Position numbers and translations under genes: made by a program
In this document: one piece after another, positions 35,108-44,579 of the stretch
Numbering within the stretch: position 1 is the first letter of the stretch
Layout: every line of letters begins with the position of its first letter
DNA from: an uncultured Rhodospirillales bacterium
Lineage (GTDB): Bacteria; Pseudomonadota; Alphaproteobacteria; Rhodospirillales; Defluviicoccaceae
Assembly (NCBI GenBank): GCA_937127205.1
Contig: CAKZLS010000091.1
Location: forward strand, 1-45,496
Reading direction: 5' to 3'
DNA length: 45,496 nt
Notes under the pieces: generated by a model
The model's input: only the letters and a program-made list of their open reading frames with translations
Told to the model about the DNA's origin: nothing
Databases searched by the model: none

Positions 35108-35117
35108 CGTATCGTGG

Positions 35118-35333
35118 CTAGGATACGTGAGCCCAAGACGCATCGACCGGCGAACCAACCGGAGCCATAAGCTCCACTTGACTTCCGACCCGATCCGCGC
35201 GCGGACCTTCCAACCAATTAAACCGGTCCGTGCTAAGCAGGATGAAGTGAATCACCAACGCCAGCACAAACAAAAATGCAGCTAAAGCGACCAACGTTCT
35301 ACGCGGGTCGAACAGTAACCAAACGCGCCACAT
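35118..35333 (-). CDS. pufA: LH1 alpha polypeptide
   Basis: [43 protein letters not shown] with the BChl-ligand His in the helix. 71 aa, with a C-terminal tail longer than in many species. SD GAGGG upstream. Confidence 0.92.
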   Translation of the reverse strand: MWRVWLLFDPRRTLVALAAFLFVLALVIHFILLSTDRFNWLEGPRADRVGSQVELMAPVGSPVDASWAHVS

Positions 35334-35345
35334 ATCGTTGCCCTC

Positions 35346-35576
35346 CTATACTAAATGTTGAAGGACTTGGAGCGCCGCAACCTGGACGCCATCGACCAAC
35401 GAGGTATAGCCTTCCTCGCCCGGCAACCAAGGACGCCAAGCCCAAGCGAGGATGTGCGCAACGATCGCAACCCCCACGAAGATGAGGAAGCTGGTCATGA
35501 AAATCCCATGAAATTCTTTTGCCTCCTCGGGTCTCAGTCCAGACAAGCTGTCTTGTCTTTCGTCTGCAGTAGTCAT
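35346..35576 (-). CDS. pufB: LH1 beta polypeptide
   Basis: [43 protein letters not shown] core followed by a ~25-aa C-terminal extension. SD AAGGGG upstream. Confidence 0.92.
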   Translation of the reverse strand: MTTADERQDSLSGLRPEEAKEFHGIFMTSFLIFVGVAIVAHILAWAWRPWLPGEEGYTSLVDGVQVAALQVLQHLV

Positions 35577-35776
35577 AGTTGTTACCCCTTAAACTCGGGT
35601 CGTTACTTCCCGTTACCGCACATTTCCCGCACGGCAGGGACCGCCTTGGCCAACGGGCCAAAACGAGACGGACACTCGACGGCGCCGAGTGAATTCATAT
35701 ATCCATCGACGATTGCTGGGCGCGCCTCGTAAGGCGGCGCGATCGGTCGAGGACCTCATTTCGTGTGCTCTTCGGG

Positions 35777-37234
35777 TCATGCGGCATGTCCCTCAGTGAG
35801 TACGGCTTGGCAGGCGGCCAACCGTCCCATCGTGACCCGTGTCTCTCCGGCCCGCCGGGCCTCGCGTTCGGTGGTGTCGCGAAGGCGTTTGGCGGCGGAG
35901 ATCCGCACCAGGACAGGTTCCCGCGCGATCAGGTCTTCAAGCGCGGCCTGGGCGTCGGCATCCCACGGAAGTTCCCGGTGAAGCCGGCCCGGCGTCGCTT
36001 CGACCCGGTCCAGTTCGGTGCCGAGCGGGATAATGTGGAAGAGGGCGTCGAACAGCGCGTTGCAAACTTCTTGAACGAGATACGTCGCGCCGGCGTAACC
36101 CATGAACGGTGTACCGGTATGTCGGCGCACGATGGCACCCGGAAACGATGCCGGGATGAAGGTCGCCCGGGCGCCCAGTTCGGCCAGATACATGCGCTCG
36201 TTATAGCTCCCGAACATCACCAGCGGCGGCTGCTCGCGGAGCGCGGTGCGGACCGCCTCGTTGTCGGGCTTCACCCCCGGCCGTCTAGCGACCGCCAAGG
36301 TGCAGGGCAGGCCCATCTCGGTCTCGAGGAAATTGCGGATGCCGCGCGCATAGGTTTCGTTGGCGACAATCGCAAACGTCGCCGTGCCGAAGAAGTCCTG
36401 GGTGACGGAACGCCACAGGTCCCATAGCGGCTTGATCGTGGTGTGTTTCTCTCGCTCGATGAACGGCTCGGGGTCGAGCCCGAGCAATTCGCCAAGCTTG
36501 CGCAGGAATTTTGTCGTCGAGTGCAGACCCACTGGCGCTTGCAGATACGGGCGGTCAAGCGCCTCGCACAGCATGCGGCCGAATTCGCGATACATGCAGA
36601 CGTTGACGTCGGCATCTACCAAGCGCGGCACGTCGGCAAGATGGCTGCCTAGCGGGAATACAAGATTGATCTCGGCGCCGATACCCTCCACCAGCCGGCG
36701 GATTTCGGCCAAGTCGGACCAAGTGTTGAAATACCCGTACGCCGGCCCGAGGATGTTGACGCGTGGCTTGGCCCCCTCATCCCGAGGCTTGGGTTTCGGC
36801 ATTTTGCCGCGTTTCAGGCCGAACTCGGTCCACAGCCAGTACAGCGCCCGGTTGGCGCTCTGCCACTGGTCTTCGTCGATGGTACGCGGCAGGAAACGGC
36901 GAATGTTGGTGCCTTCCGGGGTCACGCCGCCGCCGATCATCTCGGCGATGGACCCGGTCACCACGACGGAGGGCTTGTCCGGGTCCAGCGTCGCATGGGC
37001 GCGGGACATGGCCTGTTCGGTGCCGTTCTGGCCAAGCTCCTCCTCGCCGAGCCCGGTGACGACGATGGGCAACTCATGGGGCGGCAGCGCGTCGGTGTAA
37101 TGCAGAACTGACGTGACAGGCAGGTTCTCGCACCCGACCGGGCCGTCGATGATCACCTGCAATCCCTTGATCGCGGTGAAGACGTACACCGATCCCCAAT
37201 AGCCACCGGCGCGATCGTGATCGAGGATCAGCAT
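35777..37234 (-). CDS. bchZ: Chlorophyllide a reductase subunit Z
   Basis: Starts [40 protein letters not shown] at ATG 37234 (ATGCTGA overlap with the bchY stop). The track extension to 37330 lies inside bchY. Confidence 0.93.
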   Translation of the reverse strand: MLILDHDRAGGYWGSVYVFTAIKGLQVIIDGPVGCENLPVTSVLHYTDALPPHELPIVVTGLGEEELGQNGTEQAMSRAHATLDPDKPSVVVTGSIAEMIGGGVTPEGTNIRRFLPRTIDEDQWQSANRALYWLWTEFGLKRGKMPKPKPRDEGAKPRVNILGPAYGYFNTWSDLAEIRRLVEGIGAEINLVFPLGSHLADVPRLVDADVNVCMYREFGRMLCEALDRPYLQAPVGLHSTTKFLRKLGELLGLDPEPFIEREKHTTIKPLWDLWRSVTQDFFGTATFAIVANETYARGIRNFLETEMGLPCTLAVARRPGVKPDNEAVRTALREQPPLVMFGSYNERMYLAELGARATFIPASFPGAIVRRHTGTPFMGYAGATYLVQEVCNALFDALFHIIPLGTELDRVEATPGRLHRELPWDADAQAALEDLIAREPVLVRISAAKRLRDTTEREARRAGETRVTMGRLAACQAVLTEGHAA

Positions 37235-38793
37235 CCGATCGCTCCCTTCACCGCCTTTTCGTTGGGTTTCTTGTCGAATTTCTGCTTGGAACGGCGTGAT
37301 GCCGATTGCATGTCTGGCATTTCGTTCCAAACACCCGACATCTCGCCCGTGCCCACACCCTCGAAGAACGTCGTCATCTCCTCGAAGCGTTGCTTGTTGG
37401 ACATGGCGGCATTGATCACCTGAGCCAGCGACCCGGCACCGGCCGGCCCCATCAGCGGGCGGGCGGAGATCAAATTGGTGAAGTAAAGCGCGGGGATGGA
37501 CAGCTCCTTGGCCTTTTGCACCACCGGCGTGGTGCCGATGGCCAGGTCCGGGCGGAACTCCTGCATGGCCGCTAGATCCTGTTCGAGCGATGCGCGGTAT
37601 TGAATGTGTACGCCTTTGGACTCAAGCCATTCCCGGTCGGGATCCGACCATGGGGTCTTCGGACAGGCGGTTCCCACGTAGTGCAGATCGGCGCCGCTCT
37701 CTACCAGCAGCCGTGCCACCAGAAGCTCCGACCCCTCATAGCCCGACAACGTAACCCGCCCCTTAACCGGGCACTGGGTCAGTGCACCCGTAATCGCCGG
37801 CAGAAACGCGTTCTTTGCGGCCGCAACCTGGTCGGCGGCAACACCGCAGGCGTCTCCGATGGCGTCCAGCCATGCCGCGGTACCATCAAGTCCGACGGGG
37901 GCGGAGCCGACGATCGGCCGGCCCGCGGCCGAAAACTCGCGCAGGCTCGCCGTGTAGAAGGGATGGATCGCCGCCACCGCGGCGCAGTCCAGCGCGGCGT
38001 AGAGCTCGCGCCATTCGCGCGTCGGCACCACCGGCCCGGCGCTGAGACCCATCGGCTCCAGCATCATGCCGATACCGACGGGGTCGGCGGGAAACATCTC
38101 GCCAAGCAGAGTTACGGTGGGCTTCTCGGCGTGGCCGTCGCGCGGCGCCTGGACCGGACCGCTCTCGGCCTCGGCGCGGGCGTAGCCCAGCATCGCACCG
38201 GCGAGCACATCTTTCGCCTCGGCGTGGGTCGGAACACCGAACCCGGGAACGTCGATACCGATGATGCGGACACCGTTGATGTCCTTCGGTAACAACCGCA
38301 GGGGCACGCCGGAGGCCGTGGGAACGCAAAGATTGGTGACGACGACGGCGTCGTAGAGAGCGGGATCGGCCAACTCGTGGACGGCGTCGCGAATGTCCTC
38401 GAACAATTTGCCGGTGACCAAGGTCTCGGAATTGAACGGCACATAACCGACCGTGCGGCGCGCGCCGTAGAAGTGCGAGGTGAAGGTCAAGCCATAGACG
38501 CAGCATGCCGAGCCGCTGAGGACGGTCGCCGTCCTGCGCATGCGCAGCCCGACGCGAAGCGAGCCGAAAGCCGGGCACATGCTCTGCGGCTGATCGTGGG
38601 GGCCGGTGGGATAGTCGGCGGCGTAACGTTCGAGCGTCTCGCTCTTGCCGGCGCTGGCGGCGGCGCGGCGCATTTCGTCCTTGCCCGCATGACAGCCGGC
38701 GTCCTGAGCTTGCGCGGTGGAGCCGCTGGAGTCATAGACCACCTCGGCGGAGCCGCCGGTTTCATCTCGGGTCATGGGGTCGAAATCGTTCAT
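37228..38793 (-). CDS. bchY: Chlorophyllide a reductase subunit Y
   Basis: 521 aa with [50 protein letters not shown], typical of BchY (NifD/K-like). Confidence 0.93.
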   Translation of the reverse strand: MNDFDPMTRDETGGSAEVVYDSSGSTAQAQDAGCHAGKDEMRRAAASAGKSETLERYAADYPTGPHDQPQSMCPAFGSLRVGLRMRRTATVLSGSACCVYGLTFTSHFYGARRTVGYVPFNSETLVTGKLFEDIRDAVHELADPALYDAVVVTNLCVPTASGVPLRLLPKDINGVRIIGIDVPGFGVPTHAEAKDVLAGAMLGYARAEAESGPVQAPRDGHAEKPTVTLLGEMFPADPVGIGMMLEPMGLSAGPVVPTREWRELYAALDCAAVAAIHPFYTASLREFSAAGRPIVGSAPVGLDGTAAWLDAIGDACGVAADQVAAAKNAFLPAITGALTQCPVKGRVTLSGYEGSELLVARLLVESGADLHYVGTACPKTPWSDPDREWLESKGVHIQYRASLEQDLAAMQEFRPDLAIGTTPVVQKAKELSIPALYFTNLISARPLMGPAGAGSLAQVINAAMSNKQRFEEMTTFFEGVGTGEMSGVWNEMPDMQSASRRSKQKFDKKPNEKAVKGAIGC

Positions 38794-38818
38794 AAATCAG
38801 CGATCCGCTTTTATCCAA

Positions 38819-39838
38819 TCAAACGTTTTCGTACACGACTTCAAGCGACGGTTTTTCCATCGACGACTTGCCGCACATGTCTTGGACCGTCGCCGGTTCC
38901 AGCACCACGTCCCGTCCCACCACGTCGCTGGCGAACAGACCGAGAAGCGCGTCCTGCGACAGCGTATTCGGCTGCTGCGGCGGCGCGCTTGCGACATTCG
39001 CCGCGAGCTCTTCGAACAGCGGTCCCCAACGGTCGCCTGGGCGGCCGATGATCTGGTAGTTGGCGCTCTTTCGGCGGATTTCTTCGTCGGCTGGAATTGC
39101 GGCGAGGACGGGAATACCTGCGGAAGAGGCGAAATTTTGCGCCTCGCCGGTTCCGTCGTCCTTGTTTATGACCATGCCCGCGACACCGACATTGCCGCCG
39201 AGCTTACGGAAATACTCCACCGCGGAGCACACGTTGTTGGCGACGTAAAGCGACTGAAGGTCGTTGGATCCGACAACAATGACCTTCTGGCACATGTCCC
39301 GGGCGATGGGCAGGCCGAAACCGCCGCACACTACGTCGCCGAGGAAGTCCAGCAGGACATAGTCGAAATCCCACTCGTGGAAGCCGAGCGACTCCAACAA
39401 CTCGAAGCCATGAATGATTCCGCGTCCGCCGCATCCCCGTCCCACCTCGGGCCCGCCGAGTTCCATGGCGAACACACCGTCGCGCTTGAAGCAGACATCA
39501 CCGATGGTGACCTGCTCGCCGGCCAGTTTCATTTTCGAAGAGGTTTCGATGATGGTGGGGCAACTCCGGCCACCGAACAGCAAAGACGTCGTGTCGCTTT
39601 TCGGATCGCAGCCAATCAGCAGAACCTTCTTGCCCTGCTGGGCCATCATGTAGGACAGGTTCGCCAGCGCGAAGCTCTTGCCGATACCGCCTTTTCCGTA
39701 AATGGCGATTACCTCGGTTTCCTTGACGGCTGGCGCAGTGGATACCGGGTCGGGTTCAATCGCCGCTTCGCGGCGAAGCTGCTCCGCCATGGTGGCCGCC
39801 GCCGGTTCGGGATGGGCCGCTTTGAGGGCTTCGGTCAT
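38819..39838 (-). CDS. bchX: Chlorophyllide a reductase iron protein subunit X
   Basis: NifH-like [49 protein letters not shown] 39838 forms an ATGA overlap with the bchC stop. The track start at 39853 is a TTG 5 codons upstream. Confidence 0.93.
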   Translation of the reverse strand: MTEALKAAHPEPAAATMAEQLRREAAIEPDPVSTAPAVKETEVIAIYGKGGIGKSFALANLSYMMAQQGKKVLLIGCDPKSDTTSLLFGGRSCPTIIETSSKMKLAGEQVTIGDVCFKRDGVFAMELGGPEVGRGCGGRGIIHGFELLESLGFHEWDFDYVLLDFLGDVVCGGFGLPIARDMCQKVIVVGSNDLQSLYVANNVCSAVEYFRKLGGNVGVAGMVINKDDGTGEAQNFASSAGIPVLAAIPADEEIRRKSANYQIIGRPGDRWGPLFEELAANVASAPPQQPNTLSQDALLGLFASDVVGRDVVLEPATVQDMCGKSSMEKPSLEVVYENV

Positions 39839-40773
39839 GCGCACGCTCTCCAATCAAGGATCATTTTGAGGCAACCAGGGTCGCCAAACGCCGTTCGATA
39901 CGCTTGCGGAGCGTCGACGGCCTCGTGTCGGTGGGTGATCAACCCGTCCAGTGAAAGGCTTTGTTTCTCGGCCATCTCGGTAACGGCCAGAAGGTCATCA
40001 TGCTTCCATTCCGCGGCTACACGAATCCGAGCTTCACGCATGAACGCTGGCGCGAAATCAAAAGAGAGTGGCGCACTGTAAAAGCCCGCCAAAACAATCT
40101 CACCGCCGGGCGCGATGCGGGCGATGAGGTCGTTGAGCAAGGCGGAGTCGCCGCTGGCATCGTAAATGGCTTGGTAGTCGCGACGGGGATCGTCGGCAGG
40201 ATCGAGCACGCTGTATCCGCGGGCGCCCTCGGCGCGTTCGGCATTTTGCTCCCAAACGACCGGCGGGTTGCCACCGGCTTGTACCGCAATGCGGGCGAGC
40301 AGGCGTCCGAGGATGCCGTGACCGACGATAAGATCCGGCGTCCGAGAGCCGCCGGCGATAGCGTGCTGGGCGGTTGCCGCGAGCGCCAACAAAATAGCGT
40401 CCTCTCCCAGCCTCTCGTCCACAGGCGTTGCCCGCTCTCCGGGAACGACCAGACGCGCCGCCGCGCCGCCGAACAGGCTCCGGATTTCTCCAAAGCACTG
40501 CGCCCCGGGTACGAATACGCGGTCGCCCACCTGGCGGCCTGAACGGGGTCCCGCCCCGGTCACCCGACCGACAGACTCGTACCCGGGGACGAGGGGATAA
40601 CCCATCCCTGGAAATTGCGGCATGCGGCCGGCCCAGAGGAGCCTTTCGGTGCCGGTGCTTATGCCGCTCCACTCAATGTCAACGACCACATCCGCGTCGC
40701 CCGGAGACGACAGGGCAAGCTGGCTGAGAACCAACTGTTCCGGCTTTTCCAATACGACCGCGGTAGTGTCCAT
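39835..40773 (-). CDS. bchC: 3-hydroxyethyl bacteriochlorophyllide a dehydrogenase
   Basis: 312-aa MDR-type dehydrogenase (VVDIEWSGISTGTERLLWAGRMPQFPGMGYPLVPGYESVG). First gene of bchCXYZ. Confidence 0.92.
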   Translation of the reverse strand: MDTTAVVLEKPEQLVLSQLALSSPGDADVVVDIEWSGISTGTERLLWAGRMPQFPGMGYPLVPGYESVGRVTGAGPRSGRQVGDRVFVPGAQCFGEIRSLFGGAAARLVVPGERATPVDERLGEDAILLALAATAQHAIAGGSRTPDLIVGHGILGRLLARIAVQAGGNPPVVWEQNAERAEGARGYSVLDPADDPRRDYQAIYDASGDSALLNDLIARIAPGGEIVLAGFYSAPLSFDFAPAFMREARIRVAAEWKHDDLLAVTEMAEKQSLSLDGLITHRHEAVDAPQAYRTAFGDPGCLKMILDWRACA

Positions 40774-40813
40774 CAGAGCTTTCTTCCGGCTGGATTAGTC
40801 CAGCATTTGACCC

Positions 40814-40819
40814 ATTATA
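40814..40819 (-). promoter_or_regulatory. Consensus -10 hexamer TATAAT upstream of bchC
   Basis: The minus strand reads TATAAT (plus strand attata). It lies 8 nt downstream of PpsR box 40828-40845 and about 40 nt upstream of the bchC ATG. I found no clear -35, and that region is occupied by the operator. Confidence 0.35.
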
Positions 40820-40827
40820 GGATAGAG

Positions 40828-40871
40828 TGTCAGTCTAAATTGACGCTAAGCAATGTCAAGATAAACTTACA
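40828..40871. promoter_or_regulatory. Tandem PpsR/CrtJ operators separated by 8 bp, upstream of bchC
   Basis: TGTCAGTCTAAATTGACG (40828-40845, TGT-N12-ACG) and TGTCAAGATAAACTTACA (40854-40871, perfect TGT-N12-ACA) lie in the 108-bp crtF-bchC gap. Confidence 0.75.
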
Positions 40872-40881
40872 CCAAAAATGG

Positions 40882-42060
40882 TCATTTTCCCGCGGGTTTG
40901 GCGACGATTAATCGGGTGAGCAGCGGCGCCCGGGTGGCCGCTTGGCGTGAACTCTCAAACCCTGCCATACGAAGAAGTTCGCCCAGTTCTTCAGCGGTTC
41001 TCGGCCGTCCGCGACCCATGGCGAGAAGATAAAACCCGAAATACGCGTCGCCGATGGGTTCGGCGCCTTGCGTTCCAGACATGGGTTCCGCCACCAGTAG
41101 GGTGCCGTGGTCGGACAGGGTGCGGCGAATGTTCTTAAGGACGGCGAGGGCATCGTCGTCATTGTGATCGTGCAGAATCCGCACCAGCGATATAACGTCC
41201 GCGCCTTCGGGGAGCGGGTCGGATCGGAAGTCTCCGCCTACTGCCGTGCAGCGGTCGGAAATCCCGGCGTCTGCCATGCGCGCCCGCGCGCCCTCGGCCA
41301 CCGCCGGCAGGTCGAACACCGTTGCCCGCAATTCCGGAACCCGTGTCGCGGCGGCGATGGCAAAGGCGCCGGTTCCTCCGCCCACGTCCAGCAGAGAGCG
41401 ATGCCGGGTGAGCGGATAAGCGCTCAGTACGTCATCGGCGATGAGCGCCTGGGAGGCCGACATAAGGGCGCTATAGTCGGAAATCCGAGCCGTTTCCAAG
41501 GTATCTGGCCGATCCGCGCCGGCGTAGGCCCAGAACCGGGAAAGCGCGGTATCCGTCGGTGCTTCGCGCAACAAAGCCACCGGGTCATGCAGGTCTCCGT
41601 AGAGCAGGGTGTGGTGTTCGATCATCTGAGCGACGCCGCCATTGCCGAGTAGGGCGGCACCCAGAGGCCCGAGGCCGAACCGCTCCTGGCTGCGTCGATC
41701 CACCAATTGCAGCGACACCGCAGCGGTGAGCAGGCGCGCCGTGGCGTCGCCGGACAGCGACAAACGACGCGACAGCGTATCCAAGGTCTGCGGGCCTTCG
41801 CTTAAGATGTCGAACAGCCGCAACTTCACGCAGGCAAGCAGGATTTGCGAGTACACGAACCCGGCGCAGAGATCGAACAGCGCCCGCGCCCGGCGGTTGG
41901 CGATGGGCCGGGTCAATGGAAACGCCACCGCCCATCGCTGGAAGCGGGGACTGGCGAGCAGCCGGTTACGCAGGTCAAGCAAGCGGTCGATCAACGATCC
42001 TCTCCGGTCTGCGACCGGTGGGCGAGGTAGCGTTCCGGCGTTGCCGCCAAAGTCCTGCAT
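40882..42060 (-). CDS. crtF: Demethylspheroidene/hydroxyneurosporene O-methyltransferase
   Basis: SAM motif LLDVGGGTGAFAIAAATRVPELRATVFDLP. ATG 42060 (MQDFGG...) lies 1 nt after the crtE TGA and gives 392 aa. The track extension to 42252 overlaps crtE. Confidence 0.88.
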   Translation of the reverse strand: MQDFGGNAGTLPRPPVADRRGSLIDRLLDLRNRLLASPRFQRWAVAFPLTRPIANRRARALFDLCAGFVYSQILLACVKLRLFDILSEGPQTLDTLSRRLSLSGDATARLLTAAVSLQLVDRRSQERFGLGPLGAALLGNGGVAQMIEHHTLLYGDLHDPVALLREAPTDTALSRFWAYAGADRPDTLETARISDYSALMSASQALIADDVLSAYPLTRHRSLLDVGGGTGAFAIAAATRVPELRATVFDLPAVAEGARARMADAGISDRCTAVGGDFRSDPLPEGADVISLVRILHDHNDDDALAVLKNIRRTLSDHGTLLVAEPMSGTQGAEPIGDAYFGFYLLAMGRGRPRTAEELGELLRMAGFESSRQAATRAPLLTRLIVAKPAGK

Positions 42061-42061
42061 G

Positions 42062-42931
42062 TCAGGCCGCGCGGCGAGACAGATCCTTCGGCAGGAATCG
42101 CTTGGTTTCAACAACGATGAGCTCGCGAAGCTCGTCACGGCCGGTGCACGGAGGAATGGAGTCCACGGCATCGGTAAGAAAATCCTTGAGCCGCTGGATC
42201 GCGCCGTCCAAGCCCAGTTCCAGGACGGCACTGGGACGTCCCAGGGCTTCATCCTGTCCTATCGGTTTGCCCATTTCCTCTGGGTTGGCAACCACGTCGC
42301 GAATGTCGTCGGCGACCTGATAGGCCTCGCCGAGCCGGTCGCCGAGCATGCGCCAGGGTTCCGGATTGGCGCCCGCCGCCGCCGCGCCAGTTACCGTCGC
42401 GGCCATGAACAGCGATCCCGTTTTTGCCCGTTGATAATTCGCTAGATCGACCTCGGACTCGCATTCCCATGCTTGACCCGCGATGATCCCCGATGGTGCG
42501 CCGACGGAACCACCGACGGTCAGCAGCAGAGCGGTCAACCGTTCGGGCGCGCAAGCAGCCTCGCGAGCAAGGGTCTCGAAGGCCAGGACAATAAGAGCGT
42601 CGCCCACCAAGACGGCCAGCGGCTCGCCAAACGCCCGGTGGACCGAAGCTTTGCCGCGCCGGACGGCCGCGTCGTCAAAGCACGGAAGGTCGTCATGAAC
42701 CAGCGAGGCGCAATGCAGAATTTCGATCGAGGCGGCGGCCGCGTCGGTAATAGACGGGATGTCGTCTCCGCAAGCGGCAGCCACGGCAAGACACAACCGT
42801 GGCCGGATCCGCGCCCCCCCGGGGAAAAGTGCGTAATGCATTGCATTTGCTAGCTTTGGCGGACTTCTTCTGGCCGTTGCGCGAACCACTGCGGCATCGA
42901 TAGCCTGCTCAACTCGCGTCATCGCATCCAT
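42062..42931 (-). CDS. crtE: Geranylgeranyl diphosphate synthase
   Basis: 289-aa trans-prenyltransferase with aspartate-rich motifs LVHDDLPCFDD and YQVADDIRD. Confidence 0.9.
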   Translation of the reverse strand: MDAMTRVEQAIDAAVVRATARRSPPKLANAMHYALFPGGARIRPRLCLAVAAACGDDIPSITDAAAASIEILHCASLVHDDLPCFDDAAVRRGKASVHRAFGEPLAVLVGDALIVLAFETLAREAACAPERLTALLLTVGGSVGAPSGIIAGQAWECESEVDLANYQRAKTGSLFMAATVTGAAAAGANPEPWRMLGDRLGEAYQVADDIRDVVANPEEMGKPIGQDEALGRPSAVLELGLDGAIQRLKDFLTDAVDSIPPCTGRDELRELIVVETKRFLPKDLSRRAA

Positions 42932-42955
42932 GATATCCTCCCTAGCTTATGCAGC

Positions 42956-42999
42956 TGTCATTTTTCATTGTCACTATGATATGTCAAGTATTATAGACA
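42956..42999. promoter_or_regulatory. Tandem PpsR/CrtJ-type boxes separated by 8 bp in the crtE/crtD divergent region
   Basis: TGTCATTTTTCATTGTCA (42956-42973, degenerate TGT-N12-TCA) and TGTCAAGTATTATAGACA (42982-42999, perfect TGT-N12-ACA). Confidence 0.6.
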
Positions 43000-43037
43000 C
43001 TGGTGCGGAATGCAACGAAATAGAAGGATAACGTGCA

Positions 43038-44579
43038 TTGAATCCGGAGCGGGTCGTGGTCGTCGGGGCCGGAATGGGGGGGCTGGTGGCGGCACTCGAG
43101 CTTGCCGCGCAAGGTGTCGACGTCACCGTCGTCGAGCGGGCGCCGACCCCCGGTGGCAAACTTCGCCAATCCGTGATCGGCCAATCCCGGCTCGACGCCG
43201 GCCCGACCGTCTTCACCATGCGCTGGGTATTCGAGGACATTTTTTCTTCGGTCAATGCGTCGCTTGACGACTACCTGAGCCTTAGCCCCGTGGAGGTGCT
43301 GGCCCGGCATGCGTGGGGACCGGACCAACGGCTCGACCTGTATCCCGACGTGGACCGGTCGGCCGACGCTATCGGCGAATTGGCCGGTGCGGCGGAGGCC
43401 CAGCGCTACAAAGCCTTTTGCGCCCGCGCTCAAAATATCTATGAAACGCTCGAAGGGCCGTTCATCCGGGCGGCGCGGCCGGGGGTTTTGGATCTCGTTC
43501 GCGGCGTGGGCGTTCGAGGCCTTGGCGATCTCTGGCGGATCCAGCCTTTCAATACTCTTTGGGGAGCCTTGGGAAAGTATTTCAAGGATCCGCGGCTCCG
43601 GCAGTTATTCGGGCGTTACGCAACGTATTGCGGCTCGTCGCCTTTCTCGGCACCGGCGACCCTGATGCTGGTGGCGCATGTGGAGCGGGAAGGGGTCTGG
43701 CTGGTGGACGGCGGCATGTACCGGATCGCCGAGGCGCTGACGGCGCTCGGCGGGGACCGCGGCGTTACGTACCGGTACGGCGAAGAGGTAGCCGAGGTGA
43801 TGGTTGCCGGAGGAAAAGCCGCGGGCGTCCGGCTGACCTCCGGAGAGCGGATCAAGGCCGACGCGGTGGTGGTCAATGCCGACGCCGGCGCCCTTCAAGC
43901 CGGTCGCCTGGGGGCCGGAGTCGAGCGGGCGATTGCGCCAATACCCCGATCGGCGCGCTCCCTGTCGGCGATGACGTGGGCGTTCGTCGGGGAGGTGGAG
44001 GGGTTTCCGCTGGCGCGGCATTCGGTCTTCTTTTCAGATGATTATGCGGCAGAGTTCGACGATATTTTCAAGCGGAACCGGTTGCCGGAGCGGCCGACCG
44101 TTTATGTTTGTGCACAGGACCGCACGGATGACGCCGGTCCTGACCCCAGCGGGGCGGAGCGCATTTTCTGTCTGGTCAACGCGCCGCCGCGCGGCGATGA
44201 GAAACCCTTCGACGCATCGGAGATCGAGCAATGCCAGAGCCGCACTTTCCAACTTCTCGAACGCTGCGGCCTGCACCTTTGCCGGCAGCCGGAGAGCACC
44301 GTGGTGACGACCCCGGTGGAATTCGAAAATCTGTTTCCAACGACGGGCGGGGCCATCTACGGCCGCGCATCGCACGGATGGATGGCCTCGTTTCAGCGTC
44401 CGGGATCGCGGAGCCGGGTGCCGGGACTGTATCTGGCGGGGGGCAGCGTCCACCCGGGGCCGGGCGTGGCGATGGCGGCGCTGTCCGGCCGGCAGGCGGC
44501 GGCGAGCCTCCTCTCGGACCTCGTTTCGACCAAGCGGTCCCGCCCGGTGGCTACGTCTGGTGGTATGTCGACGGCCTGA
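43038..44579 (+). CDS. crtD: Hydroxyneurosporene/methoxyneurosporene desaturase (phytoene-desaturase family)
   Basis: FAD fold RVVVVGAGMGGLVAALELAAQGVDVTVVERAPTPGGK. 513 aa. It is divergent from crtE and followed by crtC, which is the crtD position rather than the crtI position. TTG start at 43038. Confidence 0.85.
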   Translation: MNPERVVVVGAGMGGLVAALELAAQGVDVTVVERAPTPGGKLRQSVIGQSRLDAGPTVFTMRWVFEDIFSSVNASLDDYLSLSPVEVLARHAWGPDQRLDLYPDVDRSADAIGELAGAAEAQRYKAFCARAQNIYETLEGPFIRAARPGVLDLVRGVGVRGLGDLWRIQPFNTLWGALGKYFKDPRLRQLFGRYATYCGSSPFSAPATLMLVAHVEREGVWLVDGGMYRIAEALTALGGDRGVTYRYGEEVAEVMVAGGKAAGVRLTSGERIKADAVVVNADAGALQAGRLGAGVERAIAPIPRSARSLSAMTWAFVGEVEGFPLARHSVFFSDDYAAEFDDIFKRNRLPERPTVYVCAQDRTDDAGPDPSGAERIFCLVNAPPRGDEKPFDASEIEQCQSRTFQLLERCGLHLCRQPESTVVTTPVEFENLFPTTGGAIYGRASHGWMASFQRPGSRSRVPGLYLAGGSVHPGPGVAMAALSGRQAAASLLSDLVSTKRSRPVATSGGMSTA

